6,325 nucleotides of DNA from Zygophlyctis sp. KS116. Lineage: Eukaryota; Fungi; Chytridiomycota. The stretch lies in contig BAAFSQ010000445.1 of assembly GCA_054661495.1 (NCBI GenBank), positions 1 through 6,325 on the forward strand, written 5' to 3'. Below the pieces are notes generated by a model, which saw only the letters and a list, made by a program, of their open reading frames with translations, was not told the DNA's origin and ran no database searches. The first letter of the stretch is position 1; every line of letters starts with the position of its first letter. The translations under genes and the position numbers were made by a program. Positions 5,864 to 6,325 of this stretch are shown piece after piece.

Positions 5864-6325
5864 TTATTCATAAATTTCAAAATCTCTGGACAATCTTAAA
5901 TTCTTCCACACAAGGCATACAAATCAATAATTTGATTTTTGACGACATCCATTGCAGCCAATTTAGCCTGTTCCTTTACAGAATTGTAGATTGGTCCATC
6001 ATACACCTTTCCAGAAATAAAATCTTCAGACAATCGGACAGATTCAGAGTTTTTTCTGCGATAATGACAAATATTTTGGATTATCTCTGCAACTTTGATA
6101 TCCACTGTTCGGTCAAGTTTAATAGCTTGAGCAACAACCATTGGATCAACAGCAACTCCAGAAGCTAAAAGATTCCAAATTTGATCAGTAGATCTTTGTC
6201 CTTTTAACAAACTTAAAACATCATCCACACTATTGGCAGCTCTTAAACTTTCTAACCGATCCAACAAAAGTCCATGAAGAATCTTTTCAGATTGAGCAGT
6301 TGGTTGTTGATAAAGAGGCAACCCA
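5864..6325 (-). CDS. 3' part (partial) of a hypothetical, probably alpha-helical protein. Exons >6325-5921, 5894-5864
   Basis: The frame is open to the window edge (ORF 5896..6321). A 26-nt GT-AG intron gives the ending NQIIDLLSRDFEIYE*. If unspliced, the CDS would stop at 5896. No family recognised. Confidence 0.7.
5895..5920 (-). other. Probable spliceosomal intron, 26 nt, phase 2
   Basis: GTATGC...GAATTTAAG. The size matches the modal length in this window, the branch motif is weak, and homology does not force it. Confidence 0.6.

Noticed and set aside
5792-5920. Fusion of the two minus-strand hypothetical genes into one CDS
   Set aside because: After splicing they share a frame but are separated by two TAA codons, and I found no GT-AG intron of typical size that removes both.
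5932-6168. Plus-strand 78-aa ORF
   Set aside because: It is antisense to a longer, more protein-like minus-strand frame.
1-6325. Ciliate-type or other reassigned genetic code suggested by the tiny introns
   Set aside because: TAA, TAG and TGA each terminate genes at plausible C-termini, and no internal stops remain after splicing.
1-6325. Mobile elements, CRISPR arrays, RNA genes or a functional gene cluster
   Set aside because: I saw no terminal repeats, transposase or RT motifs, spacer arrays or tRNA/rRNA-like sequence. The neighbouring genes have unrelated functions.

Overview
A very gene-dense, AT-rich eukaryotic window in the standard genetic code, most likely fungal and chytrid-like (taxon is inference). 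The fragmented ORF track is explained by 11 ultra-short spliceosomal introns of 24-31 nt that I placed by hand. Seven genes result: (1) the 3' end of a copper radical oxidase paralog; (2) a complete glyoxal-oxidase-like AA5 copper radical oxidase with all active-site residues and a hydrophobic C-terminal tail; (3) a UCP/dicarboxylate-type SLC25 mitochondrial carrier; (4) a small LIM-domain protein; (5) a CBS-domain (SNF4/AMPK-gamma/Sds23-like) protein; (6) an unrecognised 236-aa protein; (7) the 3' part of another unrecognised protein. The most notable observations are a probable non-canonical 24-nt GA-AG intron needed to build an intact carrier helix 1, the miniature intron architecture (no CAG acceptors, no polypyrimidine tract), intergenic gaps of only 36-85 nt between most genes, and tandem oxidase paralogs that are 98% identical up to a sharp breakpoint and then carry unrelated anchor tails.
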